53,563 nucleotides of DNA, taken from the IMG/VR virus record IMGVR_UViG_3300032173_000008, positions 1 through 53,563 of that record; one strand, 5' to 3'. Below the pieces are notes generated by a model, which did not search any database, was not told the DNA's origin, and was given only the letters and a program-made list of their open reading frames with translations. Origin of the DNA: a virus. Taxonomy: Duplodnaviria > Caudoviricetes. Both the position numbers and the translations under genes were made by a program. Positions 37,550 through 46,744 of the stretch are shown in pieces. Position 1 is the first letter of the stretch. Each line of letters opens with the position of its first letter.

Positions 37550-38865
37550 TCGTCAGCGAGCACGCCACCGACGTTGTCCTGGCCGGCCGGCAGATGCGCC
37601 GGACGATCGGCAACTATCTGAATTGGCGCGACGCCAACGGCGTCCTCGCACCGACCGACCTGGCGCTGGAGCCGATCGCTTCTCCGCCCCCCGGCTGGGT
37701 CGGCCAGTTCAAGGCACTGCACGCGGTCCAGCGCGGCCCGCTCCAGATCTATCTCGGCGACTCGTCCGACGCGGTTAACACGGCGCTTGTCGCGATTCGC
37801 CGTAGCGACCGGCCGAACATCGGGCTCGCGTTCAAACCGTTGGGTGTCAACACGGTCCCGATGACGACCTATCCGGCGCAGCAGGCGGTCGGGTGGACGG
37901 GGCTCTGGGCGAAGTCCAACCTGTTCTATAGCGCCGCGCGCGGCCGGCTCGACAAGCAGATCCGGCTGATCGGTCCGGGGCACCCCGCGGCGTTTCGCTT
38001 CGCCTACAAACTCTGGCCAGGCATGACCGCGGCCATCGTCGACGGCGGCGTCGAGCTGCGCGACTCGCTCGGCGTGCTTGCGTTACGCATGCCTGCGCCC
38101 TACGGCTGGGACTCGTCGACCACGGCACTGACGCCGGACGGCACGCAGCGGATCCGGGTCACGTTGACGGCCGGCGCGCCGGTGACCTACGAGGGCGTCC
38201 AGGTGCCGACGTTCTGGCTGACGCCGAACGCGACGGATCTGACGGGCGCGACGTACCCGGTGTACCTCGACCCGACCGCGACAGTCAGCACCGGCATCGA
38301 GGACACGTTCCTCTTCGCGGGCGCGTCGTCGAACTGGGGCGGCTACTCGTCGCCGTACTATGCACCGACCTATTTTCCTCTCTACCGCTTTCCGGCTGCG
38401 TCGATCCCCGCGGGTACGATCAGCGCACTGCGGTTCTTCGGTAGAACGCCGCACACGGGCAACACGCTCAAGGCGTACTTCGTCAAGGACGCGGACACGT
38501 GGGTCGAAGGCACTGGAACGGGTTCGGCGCAGAACGGATCGTGTTGCGCAACGCACTGCAAGTACAACACGCAGACGTGGATTTCGGGCAACTTCTCGTC
38601 ATCCGACTACGACGCCGACGCGGCACCCCCAACGCTCGTCACGTCCACGGGGGCGTATGAAAATTGGGCGCTCAAGGCCTCGTGGGCGATTGCGTGGCGC
38701 GACGCCGCGCGCGCCAACAATGGCTTCGTTGTCATCGAGACCGCGGGTGGCACAGGCTACTTCTACGGCGTGGGCTCCGCTTATCCGCCCTATTTCGAAA
38801 TCGATTACGTCGCGGGCGCGTCCATGCCGCTGCTCGCCCAATATCTCAGCAGGAGGCGCCGATGA
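37546..38865 (+). CDS. Putative virion protein with DNRLRE-like C-terminal domain
   Basis: YPVYLDPT followed by EDTFL...NWGG...NNGF...PYFEIDY. Confidence 0.5.
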   Translation: MIVSEHATDVVLAGRQMRRTIGNYLNWRDANGVLAPTDLALEPIASPPPGWVGQFKALHAVQRGPLQIYLGDSSDAVNTALVAIRRSDRPNIGLAFKPLGVNTVPMTTYPAQQAVGWTGLWAKSNLFYSAARGRLDKQIRLIGPGHPAAFRFAYKLWPGMTAAIVDGGVELRDSLGVLALRMPAPYGWDSSTTALTPDGTQRIRVTLTAGAPVTYEGVQVPTFWLTPNATDLTGATYPVYLDPTATVSTGIEDTFLFAGASSNWGGYSSPYYAPTYFPLYRFPAASIPAGTISALRFFGRTPHTGNTLKAYFVKDADTWVEGTGTGSAQNGSCCATHCKYNTQTWISGNFSSSDYDADAAPPTLVTSTGAYENWALKASWAIAWRDAARANNGFVVIETAGGTGYFYGVGSAYPPYFEIDYVAGASMPLLAQYLSRRRR

Positions 38866-40655
38866 AGTTTTTACGCCAATCCACCGCCGTCACTGTTCCG
38901 GTCGGCCCCTTTTTGGACAAAGCAGACGGCCTCACGGCGTTAGCCGCACTGGCCGATCAGAGCGCCAACGGACGTCTCGTCAAAAACGGCACCGGCGGCG
39001 CCATCACCGCTGCGAGCTGGGCGCACGACGGCAACGGACACTATCTCGTCGGCCTCTCGACGGCGCATACGGATACGCTTGGTAGACTGCGCTTGGACTT
39101 CGGCCTAGCGGGCACCTACTGCCCGGTCTGGGAGGACTGGACTGTGCTCCCCGCGGCGGCGTGGGACGAGCTGTTCGGCACCGGCGTCCACGGTATCGCG
39201 GCGGCGGGTGGCGCCAGCTCGATCACGTTTGACAGCACCGGCTCGACGACCAACGACGTCTACAACGGCAACTACATCCACATCTCGTCGGGCACGGGCG
39301 CCGGTCAGACGCGGCTGGTCACGGCCTACGTTGGCTCGACCAAGGTCGCCACCGTGGCGCCGGCCTGGACCACACAGCCGAGCACGGACAGCGTCTATGA
39401 CGTTATCCCTGGCGGACAGGTGCGGGCGCTCGACGCGGCCGGCAATGCCGTCGCCACCGACGCCAAGCAGGGCACGCCTGCGGCGCTCGCGGGCGGCACG
39501 GCGACATTGGCCGGCATGCTCGCCTCGATGGCTGGCGGGTCGTTCGCGACCAACGACGACCTGCACGCGGTCAAAGCAGCGATCCCCGCGGCGGCACCCG
39601 CAGTAAGTGCGATCGCTGACGCTATATGCGACGAGGTCATCAGCACGGGACACGCCGTCGACAATTCGCTAGCCAAAATACTCTACGGCAATTTGAATGC
39701 GCCCGTTGGTAGTATTCCCACGTCGCCCGCGTTGCCTGCGGACGTGACCAATGCTGTTACAGCGGTCAACGGGCATACAGACAGCGCGACGACTGGACTT
39801 GCAACGGGTCTATCGGCCATCACGACGAACCTCGACGCTAAAGTCAGCACGCGCTCGACGTACGCAGGTGGCGCAGCAACACCAACTGACGTTACCAACG
39901 CGGTCGCGACCGTAGACGCGTATACGGGCGCTGCGGCTTCGGCGATTCTCAGTGCACTATCTCCTGTCGATACGGCGGTCGAGATTGCGGCTGCGGTGCT
40001 CGACGCGGCACGGTCGTCGCACGTCGCCTCGGGCTCGGTGGGTGAGGCTCTCAACCTTGTGGCACCGACCGGTGCGCGGCAGATCACAATCCACGTACAG
40101 GACGGCGCCGGCGCCGCGCTGGAGGGCGTCGAGGTCGACATCTACGACGCGGCGAACACGGCGCACAAGGCGCATGGGCTGACCGACAGCTCGGGCAACT
40201 GGGTCATTCACCGCGACGACGCGGTCTACAAGGTTCGGCTCGTCAAGGCGCTCTACGCGTTCTCGCTCGGCACGCTCACGGTAACGGCCGACGCGACGGC
40301 GACCTTTGTGGGTTCGGCCGTCGTGCCAATAGGAATCCCGACCTCCGGCAAGTGTCTGGTATACGGCACGACGGACGACGGCGCCGGCGAGCACGTCACT
40401 GGGGTGGTTATCGACTTCCACGCCGATGCCCCCCTGGGGGTCGGCAGCGCGGTGCTGACCACAACCAAGGTCTCGGTCACAAGCGGACCATCGACTGACC
40501 ACCCGGCGTGGACCGCTGGCTATTTCGAGGTCAACTTGCTGCGTGGCGCCAAGGTGCGCTTGTCGTCGCGTCTGCCCAAGCTGGACGGGCTGGTAATCAC
40601 TGTCCCGTCGACCAGCACGGCCGAGTTGGCGGATCTCGTCGAGGCTGCGAAGTAG
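38862..40655 (+). CDS. Ala/Thr-rich putative virion accessory protein
   Basis: AGGAGG RBS; MKFLRQSTAVTVPVGPF; internal ISSGTGAGQTRLVTAYVGSTKVATV. Confidence 0.6.
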   Translation: MKFLRQSTAVTVPVGPFLDKADGLTALAALADQSANGRLVKNGTGGAITAASWAHDGNGHYLVGLSTAHTDTLGRLRLDFGLAGTYCPVWEDWTVLPAAAWDELFGTGVHGIAAAGGASSITFDSTGSTTNDVYNGNYIHISSGTGAGQTRLVTAYVGSTKVATVAPAWTTQPSTDSVYDVIPGGQVRALDAAGNAVATDAKQGTPAALAGGTATLAGMLASMAGGSFATNDDLHAVKAAIPAAAPAVSAIADAICDEVISTGHAVDNSLAKILYGNLNAPVGSIPTSPALPADVTNAVTAVNGHTDSATTGLATGLSAITTNLDAKVSTRSTYAGGAATPTDVTNAVATVDAYTGAAASAILSALSPVDTAVEIAAAVLDAARSSHVASGSVGEALNLVAPTGARQITIHVQDGAGAALEGVEVDIYDAANTAHKAHGLTDSSGNWVIHRDDAVYKVRLVKALYAFSLGTLTVTADATATFVGSAVVPIGIPTSGKCLVYGTTDDGAGEHVTGVVIDFHADAPLGVGSAVLTTTKVSVTSGPSTDHPAWTAGYFEVNLLRGAKVRLSSRLPKLDGLVITVPSTSTAELADLVEAAK

Positions 40656-41021
40656 ATGACTCTGGAACTGTTGCTGGGATATGGCGGCATCGTCGGCGGG
40701 ACGTTTGTGGTCCTTTATGTGGCGGTCAAGACCGTCGACAAATTCTTGGGTACGAAGTCCCGGACGGTGCCGATTTGTCCGCTGAACAACGATCCAGAGT
40801 TTCGCGCCATCCTCACACAGCAGACCGAACAGATGACTGAGCTGCTGCGCTTGTCGGCGCGGCAGATAGACGTCAGTCACGAAGGACAGAATGACAGCTC
40901 TGTCTTGCTTAACCGGCTGATCGATCTGGTCCAATCAATGCAGACGCGGACGGAGGTCGATCACCGGGGGCATGATATTCGGCTCGAAGAACTCAGGAGG
41001 GCGGTGGGCAATGGCGGCTGA
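40656..41021 (+). CDS. Membrane protein, holin/antiholin-like
   Basis: N-terminal hydrophobic helix; upstream of endolysin. Confidence 0.45.
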   Translation: MTLELLLGYGGIVGGTFVVLYVAVKTVDKFLGTKSRTVPICPLNNDPEFRAILTQQTEQMTELLRLSARQIDVSHEGQNDSSVLLNRLIDLVQSMQTRTEVDHRGHDIRLEELRRAVGNGG

Positions 41022-41364
41022 CCGTTTAGCAACGCGGCTGAGCGACGCGCTGCAAATCCTGCTGCGCTCCAAGGGTGAACATGCCAGGGCGGAACTCGTA
41101 CGTAAGGACACTGAGGCCTACTACGCGGACGAGGTGATTACCAACGTCCAGCTCGGGCAATACATCATCGGAAACGGGCACATCACCTATGGCGAGCTGG
41201 AGCAGGCCCTTGTGATGCAGCATTCAGAGATCGTGGCTCTGGACAAAATGTCACCGAAGGAACGAAGCGCCTACGTTGATAGGGTCCTGGCTGACGCTAG
41301 GGACGCCGTCGTCGAAGCCCGGTTCGCAATCGACAGGTCGATGCAAGCGGACAAGAAAACATGA
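41011..41364 (+). CDS. Hypothetical protein with a single MshEN-like motif
   Basis: QLGQYIIGNGHITYGELEQALVMQ (41149-41220). Confidence 0.55.
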   Translation: MAADRLATRLSDALQILLRSKGEHARAELVRKDTEAYYADEVITNVQLGQYIIGNGHITYGELEQALVMQHSEIVALDKMSPKERSAYVDRVLADARDAVVEARFAIDRSMQADKKT

Positions 41365-41573
41365 CACATACCACCTGCGCCAGACATCCGATCGTCGAGA
41401 TGGAACTCGGCCGCGCCCTCTCTCGCGCCACCGTGGCTATCAACGACACCACCTCGCTGCGTGCCGACATCAGAGCGGCGATTGAGGAGATGCGCGAGGG
41501 GCGCAAAGCCTTCTCCGAGGCGCAGACGAATTTCTACAAAACGCTCGCGCGGTGGGAGAAAAGACGCCCATGA
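41361..41573 (+). CDS. Hypothetical protein
   Basis: ATGA-coupled on both sides. Confidence 0.5.
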   Translation: MTHTTCARHPIVEMELGRALSRATVAINDTTSLRADIRAAIEEMREGRKAFSEAQTNFYKTLARWEKRRP

Positions 41574-42151
41574 ACATCATCAACAACTTTACGGACCCAA
41601 GGGCGATACAGCTCCCGCTGGTCCAGCCGCTCACACACATTTTCCTCCACCACTGCTCGCTCGCCGTCGCCGGCGCCGACAATCCCAGACCGATCGCGGA
41701 CGCGGATGTCACGGGCCTGAACCTATCCCAGGAATTTGAGCGCAACCGCGAACTCGGCACGGGCTGCATTCGGCCCTACCATATCGTCATCCGGCAAGAC
41801 GGGACTGTTGACCAATGTCTTCGGCTCACGCTCCGAGGCTCGCACGGCATCATCTACAACCCGACAACGCTAGCCGTCGTCACCGCGGGTGAGAAGGGCT
41901 TGACGCCGGAGCAGCGATCCGCCATTCCGGAAGTGCTGGCGGACCTGCTCCTGTACTCCGAAGGCGTCCCGGTCGTAGGGCACACCTCGATGCCGGCGGC
42001 GACGAAGCCCGGCCATCCCGTATGCCCGCATCCGACGACAGACGTCGCCGGCCTCGCGGCGGAAGCCGCGGCGCTCCTGACCGTCGCCCAATGCTCCTTA
42101 ACCCCTGCCCAGCGGGCGGACGCCATGCGCGCCCGCGGCTGGACCGTCTGA
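41570..42151 (+). CDS. Endolysin, N-acetylmuramoyl-L-alanine amidase (T7 lysozyme-like)
   Basis: IFLHHC, YHIVIRQDG, GSH, VVGH and CP. Confidence 0.8.
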   Translation: MNIINNFTDPRAIQLPLVQPLTHIFLHHCSLAVAGADNPRPIADADVTGLNLSQEFERNRELGTGCIRPYHIVIRQDGTVDQCLRLTLRGSHGIIYNPTTLAVVTAGEKGLTPEQRSAIPEVLADLLLYSEGVPVVGHTSMPAATKPGHPVCPHPTTDVAGLAAEAAALLTVAQCSLTPAQRADAMRARGWTV

Positions 42152-42162
42152 AGTAGGTTCCC

Positions 42163-42486
42163 GTGGACTTGATTACCCCGTTCCTGACCGTCACCAACCT
42201 CGGCATCATCTTCGCCTCAGCTGGCATTCTCGCAGCAATTCGCCAGTACATGCCCGCCGTCGACGAGCACCGGATCTGGGCGCGAGTCCAGCCGGTTGCG
42301 CCGCTCGTTGTCTGCACCGCGCTGGTCTTCTTGCCGAGCGCCACTGTCGCCGGGAAGTGGGGCGACAAGATCGTCCTCGGCATCGCGCTGGGCGCTCTCT
42401 CGACGCTGGTTTACAAGGTCGCGGTACAAACGATCCTCGGCCGAGACAAACGCATCCAGCCCGCGACGCCGTCGGTGCAGCCATGA
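42163..42486 (+). CDS. Holin-like protein
   Basis: About three hydrophobic helices; follows endolysin. Confidence 0.6.
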   Translation: MDLITPFLTVTNLGIIFASAGILAAIRQYMPAVDEHRIWARVQPVAPLVVCTALVFLPSATVAGKWGDKIVLGIALGALSTLVYKVAVQTILGRDKRIQPATPSVQP

Positions 42487-42749
42487 CCACGCTTCGCAAG
42501 GCCTGGAGTTTTGTGGTCGCCACTGTGGCCATTGTCGCTCTAGTCGTGATCGCGCTGCTCGGCCGTGGAGGGTCCATCGGCGGGCGCCTGGCTGCATACC
42601 TCAAGCGCCGAGAGTCTGCCGAGGCAAAGGCCAGGGCGGCCGCGGATGCCGAACTCGCCAAGATCAACGGCGATGTCGCCAAAGCCAACGAGGAAATTCG
42701 CCATGACGCTGATTCTCCTGCTCGCACTATCAACGGCTCCGGGCGCTGA
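42483..42749 (+). CDS. Inner-membrane spanin-like protein
   Basis: N-terminal TM helix plus Ala-rich coiled coil. Confidence 0.45.
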   Translation: MTTLRKAWSFVVATVAIVALVVIALLGRGGSIGGRLAAYLKRRESAEAKARAAADAELAKINGDVAKANEEIRHDADSPARTINGSGR

Positions 42750-43098
42750 TTTCCCGGACCTGATTATTCCGCCCGCGCGCGTGGGGGTCGTACCAATACT
42801 GTCGCCGGCGCCGAGCGGGTTGCCGCCGGCAGTCGAACAACCAGGCGGCAGCATGCTGGTTCCGCCGTTGCGTGCGCGCTATGTGGCCGCCCAGGTGTCG
42901 GCGCTCTACCGGCTGCCTGGACTCTCTCAAAAAGCGCTAGATATCGCCGTCGACGCGGAGCGAGATGCGTGTGACATCCGGGTGTTGGATGCCCGTGCCG
43001 AGATGCCAACATGGACCGATCGACTGCGATCGGGCGTGCTCTGGGCGATCGGTGGCGCGGTGTTGGGCGGGGCGCTCGTCGCGTACCTGACGAGATAA
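42703..43098 (+). CDS. Spanin-like/secreted membrane protein
   Basis: Signal-like N-terminus, Pro-rich body, C-terminal TM helix. Confidence 0.4.
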   Translation: MTLILLLALSTAPGADFPDLIIPPARVGVVPILSPAPSGLPPAVEQPGGSMLVPPLRARYVAAQVSALYRLPGLSQKALDIAVDAERDACDIRVLDARAEMPTWTDRLRSGVLWAIGGAVLGGALVAYLTR

Positions 43099-43102
43099 CA
43101 CG

Positions 43103-43693
43103 ATGGCCAAAACGCTGATTGCTCCGACATCGATGGCTGACCTCAAGCCGGCCCCATATAACCCGCGCAAGATTTCACCCAAGGCCGCCAGCGCACTGCA
43201 GCGGTCACTCGGGGAGTTCGGTGACTTGTCGGGCATCACCTGGAATTCGCGTACCGGACACGTCGTGGCCGGTCACCAGCGTCTCGCCGAGCTGCGCAAG
43301 ATGGGGGCCAACCTCGTCGACGGTTGCGTTGTCGCCACAGGCGAGCGCTATCAGGTCCGGGTTGTCGACTGGCCAGAAGGCAAAGAGAAGGCGGCCAACG
43401 TCGTTGCCAACAGCCCCTCGATCGCGGGCGAGTTCACCGATGGACTGCAAGACGTCCTCGTCGACGTCGGCGCCGAACTCGACCACGAGCTATTCGCTGA
43501 CCTGTTACTGTCCGACCTGGAGGAAGAGGAGCGCGAAGGGGCGACCGAGTTGAAAGAGTGGGACGCTTCAGATGTGTCGGCTGACGGTCTCTTCATTTTC
43601 CACGCGCCTATTGAGTTGCAAGGCAAGGTCCGCGCGGTGCTCGAGCGCGAGTTCCCTGGCGTGAGCTTTGATGAGGAGATCGTTTTTGGGTGA
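43103..43693 (+). CDS. ParB/Srx-like domain protein
   Basis: LKPAPYNPRKI and VAGHQRL. Confidence 0.8.
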   Translation: MAKTLIAPTSMADLKPAPYNPRKISPKAASALQRSLGEFGDLSGITWNSRTGHVVAGHQRLAELRKMGANLVDGCVVATGERYQVRVVDWPEGKEKAANVVANSPSIAGEFTDGLQDVLVDVGAELDHELFADLLLSDLEEEEREGATELKEWDASDVSADGLFIFHAPIELQGKVRAVLEREFPGVSFDEEIVFG

Positions 43694-44233
43694 CAAGGTC
43701 CACAACTCGGCTCCGGCACGCAAGGCGGAGTTGCGTCTCTGCCTGGTCGAGTCCCTTGGGGGGGGGAGAACGTCCGGGTAATCGAGACGCATGCGGGCCC
43801 GGGGAAGATGCATGAGCTCGCTTATGCGGACTGCGCCGACTGGCTTGGGGTAGACAAGGACATCCGGTCTCCTGGCTCAGTGCACTGCGATAGCCGCCTG
43901 GTGCTTCGGGCGATTGACATCCAACCATTCAACCTCTTCGACATCGACGCGTTCGGCGCTCCGTGGGAGCACGTCTGGATCGTGGCGCAGCGGCGCAAAC
44001 TCAAACGTGGCGAGTCGATTGCGCTGGCGATTACGTCCGGGGCCAACGCCGCGTGCGCAGCTCGTCAGCCAAATCTTCGCGCGGCCGGCTGGTCGTCCCA
44101 AATGCAGGCGGTCATTGGAGCCGACGTGGTCGTTGGTCACAAATGGTTCTGCCGCGAGGACGGGGCACGCCCGGTTAGCCTATGGAGAGACACCGGTCTC
44201 GATGAAGCAGGAACTCCTGGCAGCTTAGGCTGA
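43686..44233 (+). pseudogene. SAM-dependent methyltransferase-like gene, frameshifted at G9 tract and with 3' end replaced by IS remnant
   Basis: TTG start with GAGGAG RBS; stop at 43781; other frame after G9 gives VRVIETHAGPG...FDIDAFGAPW. Confidence 0.6.
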
Positions 44234-44272
44234 ACCAGGAATCTCCGGCGTTTACGCCGGGGAGGATGTCAA
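44155..44272 (+). mobile_element. IS200/IS605-family right-end remnant (tnpB 3' tail / omegaRNA scaffold)
   Basis: Encodes GHARLAYGE..SMKQE; ends GGAATCTCCGGCGTTTACGCCGGGGAGGATGTCAA (hairpin + TCAA). Confidence 0.75.
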
Positions 44273-44283
44273 TGCCGATCGGG

Positions 44284-44526
44284 CTAGATCTTCACGGACG
44301 TCTCAATAGTAGTAGATTCCGAACGCGGCAATAGAGATTCCGAACGCCCGTAGACGGGTTTGTGTGCCGACACAATGCAATGCCGCACACAGTCGTCGTG
44401 CAGAGTCGCCAGGCCGATTCCGTATTTTTTCGCAGTGGCGCGAATGCTGGCGCCGGCGCGGATTTCGTCGAGCGCCTGCGGCGGGATTGTTCGGCGAGGT
44501 CTGCCGCCCTGGTGCCTACCCCGCAT
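44284..44526 (-). CDS. Small HTH protein
   Basis: GGRP...GASIRATAKKYGIGLATL. Confidence 0.6.
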   Translation of the reverse strand: MRGRHQGGRPRRTIPPQALDEIRAGASIRATAKKYGIGLATLHDDCVRHCIVSAHKPVYGRSESLLPRSESTTIETSVKI

Positions 44527-44677
44527 TGGCGCACCGTTTGCGCACGATTCCGCTCACGGTCGTGGCCTTTAGGTCGTAGTCCAGAGCCAGTTCCCGTTGC
44601 GGAACTCCGGCCAGATACCGGCGGCGGATTTCAGCGTTGCGGTCTACTATCGATGGGCGGTGCATGCCATCCAGCAT
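44516..44677 (-). CDS. Small Mor-like HTH protein
   Basis: RNAEIRRRYLAGVPQRELALDYDLKATTVSGIV. Confidence 0.6.
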   Translation of the reverse strand: MLDGMHRPSIVDRNAEIRRRYLAGVPQRELALDYDLKATTVSGIVRKRCANAG

Positions 44678-44733
44678 AGCCTCGGCTCGCCGACGCATCG
44701 CGGTTGATTTGGGGCGGGTGGTGCAGGGGCCGA

Positions 44734-44997
44734 TCATGGTGTCGGACCTCGGCCGGCAAGAATGGCATCCAATATTATCGCGCGTTGCTCCGCGGCCGCC
44801 CCCGCCACTGTAGGATCGTCCATGTACGCGCGCCACGCCTTCGCTGCGGCCCTGATGGCGCGCAGCTCGGCAAGCTCTTTCGCCTGCGCCTCGATGATGT
44901 CGAGGGCAGACCTCAGGGCATCAGCGCCGAGGCTGTTATCCTGTTGGCGTGTGTATTTTGCGCGGCACTCGGCCACAAAATTCGTCACGTCATCCAT
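44734..44997 (-). CDS. Hypothetical protein
   Basis: AAGGAG RBS; MDDVTNFVAEC. Confidence 0.5.
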   Translation of the reverse strand: MDDVTNFVAECRAKYTRQQDNSLGADALRSALDIIEAQAKELAELRAIRAAAKAWRAYMDDPTVAGAAAEQRAIILDAILAGRGPTP

Positions 44998-45277
44998 GGC
45001 GGTCTCCTTTCGTCGCGAGGCGGGCGATGGCGGCGCGGAGTTGGTCAACTGTTGCGCGCAAATCTTCGCTGGCCTGGGTGGCTTCTGGCGTCCTCATTTT
45101 TCCGTCTCCTTTTTGGCGGCACGAATCTCGCGGGCGCAGTGGAGGGCGGCATCATAGCGCGCCTCGCTCCAGTCCTGAGCGGCGGATATGCAAATCGTCG
45201 CCGCGGCTTCGAGCGCGGCGTTGCGGTCGACGAGTTGCGCCACAACTGGACCTGGCGGCGGCAACACGGGCTCGTCA

Positions 45278-46519
45278 TCATCCCGCATCGACCCTATCGC
45301 AGCAGATTGCGGGTGCAAGGATGTCGTCGTTAAGTCGTTTCGACTCGCGCTCGATCGCAGCCGATCGCTGCTCGGCCCAATGCCGCGGGGCGGCGCGAAC
45401 CTCGCGCTCGCATCGCTCGATGACCTCGGCCGGTATCTCGGTTATCCCGAGGCGCTCCATCTGTTGCCGTTTATCGCGCAGCCGCGCCACTTCTTCGAGA
45501 GCGCAGCCGTGGATGGCCTCGGGAGTCATCGGCTTCAACATCCCGCGGTTCATCTCGCGCCACACGCGGTCCATCCACAGCCAATGCGGCACCGTGTGAT
45601 GCTGACACCCGCAGTCGTTGAGAATCAGTAGCTCGTGGACAACCGCGTGGTGGTTGCTCTTCATCGGGACGGGCACCACGCGGAATCCGTGGAGCTTCGC
45701 AAGATCCCGGACCTCAGGGGCATCGTCATAGGTGAGCATGACGGATCCGCGCACGGCGGCCATCGTGGAGAAGAGGCGGTCGTGATCGACCTCGTTGTGT
45801 CGGTAGAGCCGAGTGCCAGCGCTCTTCCCTCCTGCTGTGTATGGCGGGTCCACGAAATAGAAGGCGTGCGCATCCTTGGCGAACCGCTTGATCACATCGA
45901 AGGCGTCACCGTGCTCGAAGGTGATGCGATCCCGAAGCGTCCTTAGCTCCTTGATTCGTTCGACGATGGTTGCGGGATACCACCGTGAGGATAGCCCCCG
46001 CCCCGCCTCACCGTCCTTCATCAAGCCAGCGCCAGCCGACATGATTCCACCGCGCTGCATCCGGTTCTTGACGATAGTTCGGAAGGCTTGGTGTCGGACG
46101 CTCGCGCAGGTGCCGTCAAGTATCTGTCTCACGTTTGCCAGCGTGACATCGAAACCACGGATGCGCTCGCACAGCCATCGGGCGTCGGACTCGCTCCCCT
46201 GAAAAATCAATGACCAGACGGCGGCCACGTCGTCATCCAGTTCACAAAGGTAGACTTCCCGCGCAAGGCGTTCGTGCGCGACGGATAGCCCGGCCATCGC
46301 CCCGCCAGCAAACGGCTCGACAAACACCGATGCAGCATGACTTGAAGCGGTCAGCCACTTTCGCACCTCTGGTACGAGCCAGGTCTTTCCTCCCGGATAC
46401 CGGAAGGGGCTTAGGTGTCGAATCTCCGCAATGTTAGTCGGGGCCTCCTTGCTCTTGATCTGGTAGATGATCGCAGCAATGGGATCGCCTCGGACCCGCT
46501 GAAAGGCAAGCTGTGTCAC
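45278..46519 (-). CDS. D12-class (Dam-like) adenine methyltransferase with unrelated C-terminal extension
   Basis: SPFRYPGGKT, FVEPFAGG, FVDPPY and LTYD. Confidence 0.85.
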   Translation of the reverse strand: MTQLAFQRVRGDPIAAIIYQIKSKEAPTNIAEIRHLSPFRYPGGKTWLVPEVRKWLTASSHAASVFVEPFAGGAMAGLSVAHERLAREVYLCELDDDVAAVWSLIFQGSESDARWLCERIRGFDVTLANVRQILDGTCASVRHQAFRTIVKNRMQRGGIMSAGAGLMKDGEAGRGLSSRWYPATIVERIKELRTLRDRITFEHGDAFDVIKRFAKDAHAFYFVDPPYTAGGKSAGTRLYRHNEVDHDRLFSTMAAVRGSVMLTYDDAPEVRDLAKLHGFRVVPVPMKSNHHAVVHELLILNDCGCQHHTVPHWLWMDRVWREMNRGMLKPMTPEAIHGCALEEVARLRDKRQQMERLGITEIPAEVIERCEREVRAAPRHWAEQRSAAIERESKRLNDDILAPAICCDRVDAG

Positions 46520-46686
46520 GCCTCCCTCGCCTTCTTCTGCTTCTTCGTGCGCTTCTTTCCCTCCACGCTGAGCGTCATGCTTCCCTCCGGTCTGTGTCTG
46601 TTCCTTTTTGCCTTCACTGAGTCAAGGCGCGGGTTGAAGGGGGACTCGGCGATCTGCTCGAGCGGAAGACTGGTTGTTGCTGCCAT
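46516..46686 (-). pseudogene. Truncated ParB-like N-terminal remnant
   Basis: LPLEQIAESPFNPR followed by unrelated sequence. Confidence 0.45.
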
Positions 46687-46744
46687 GCTGACTGCTCTCC
46701 TTGCCCGTCCGAGGACGGCGCCGTTTGTGTTGATTCGGTGATGT

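Noticed and set aside
44180-44225. SAM-I riboswitch (TGGAG...GATGAAG resemblance)
   Set aside because: Other SAM-I core elements are missing; the IS605 right-end interpretation explains the peptide tail, hairpin and TCAA end.
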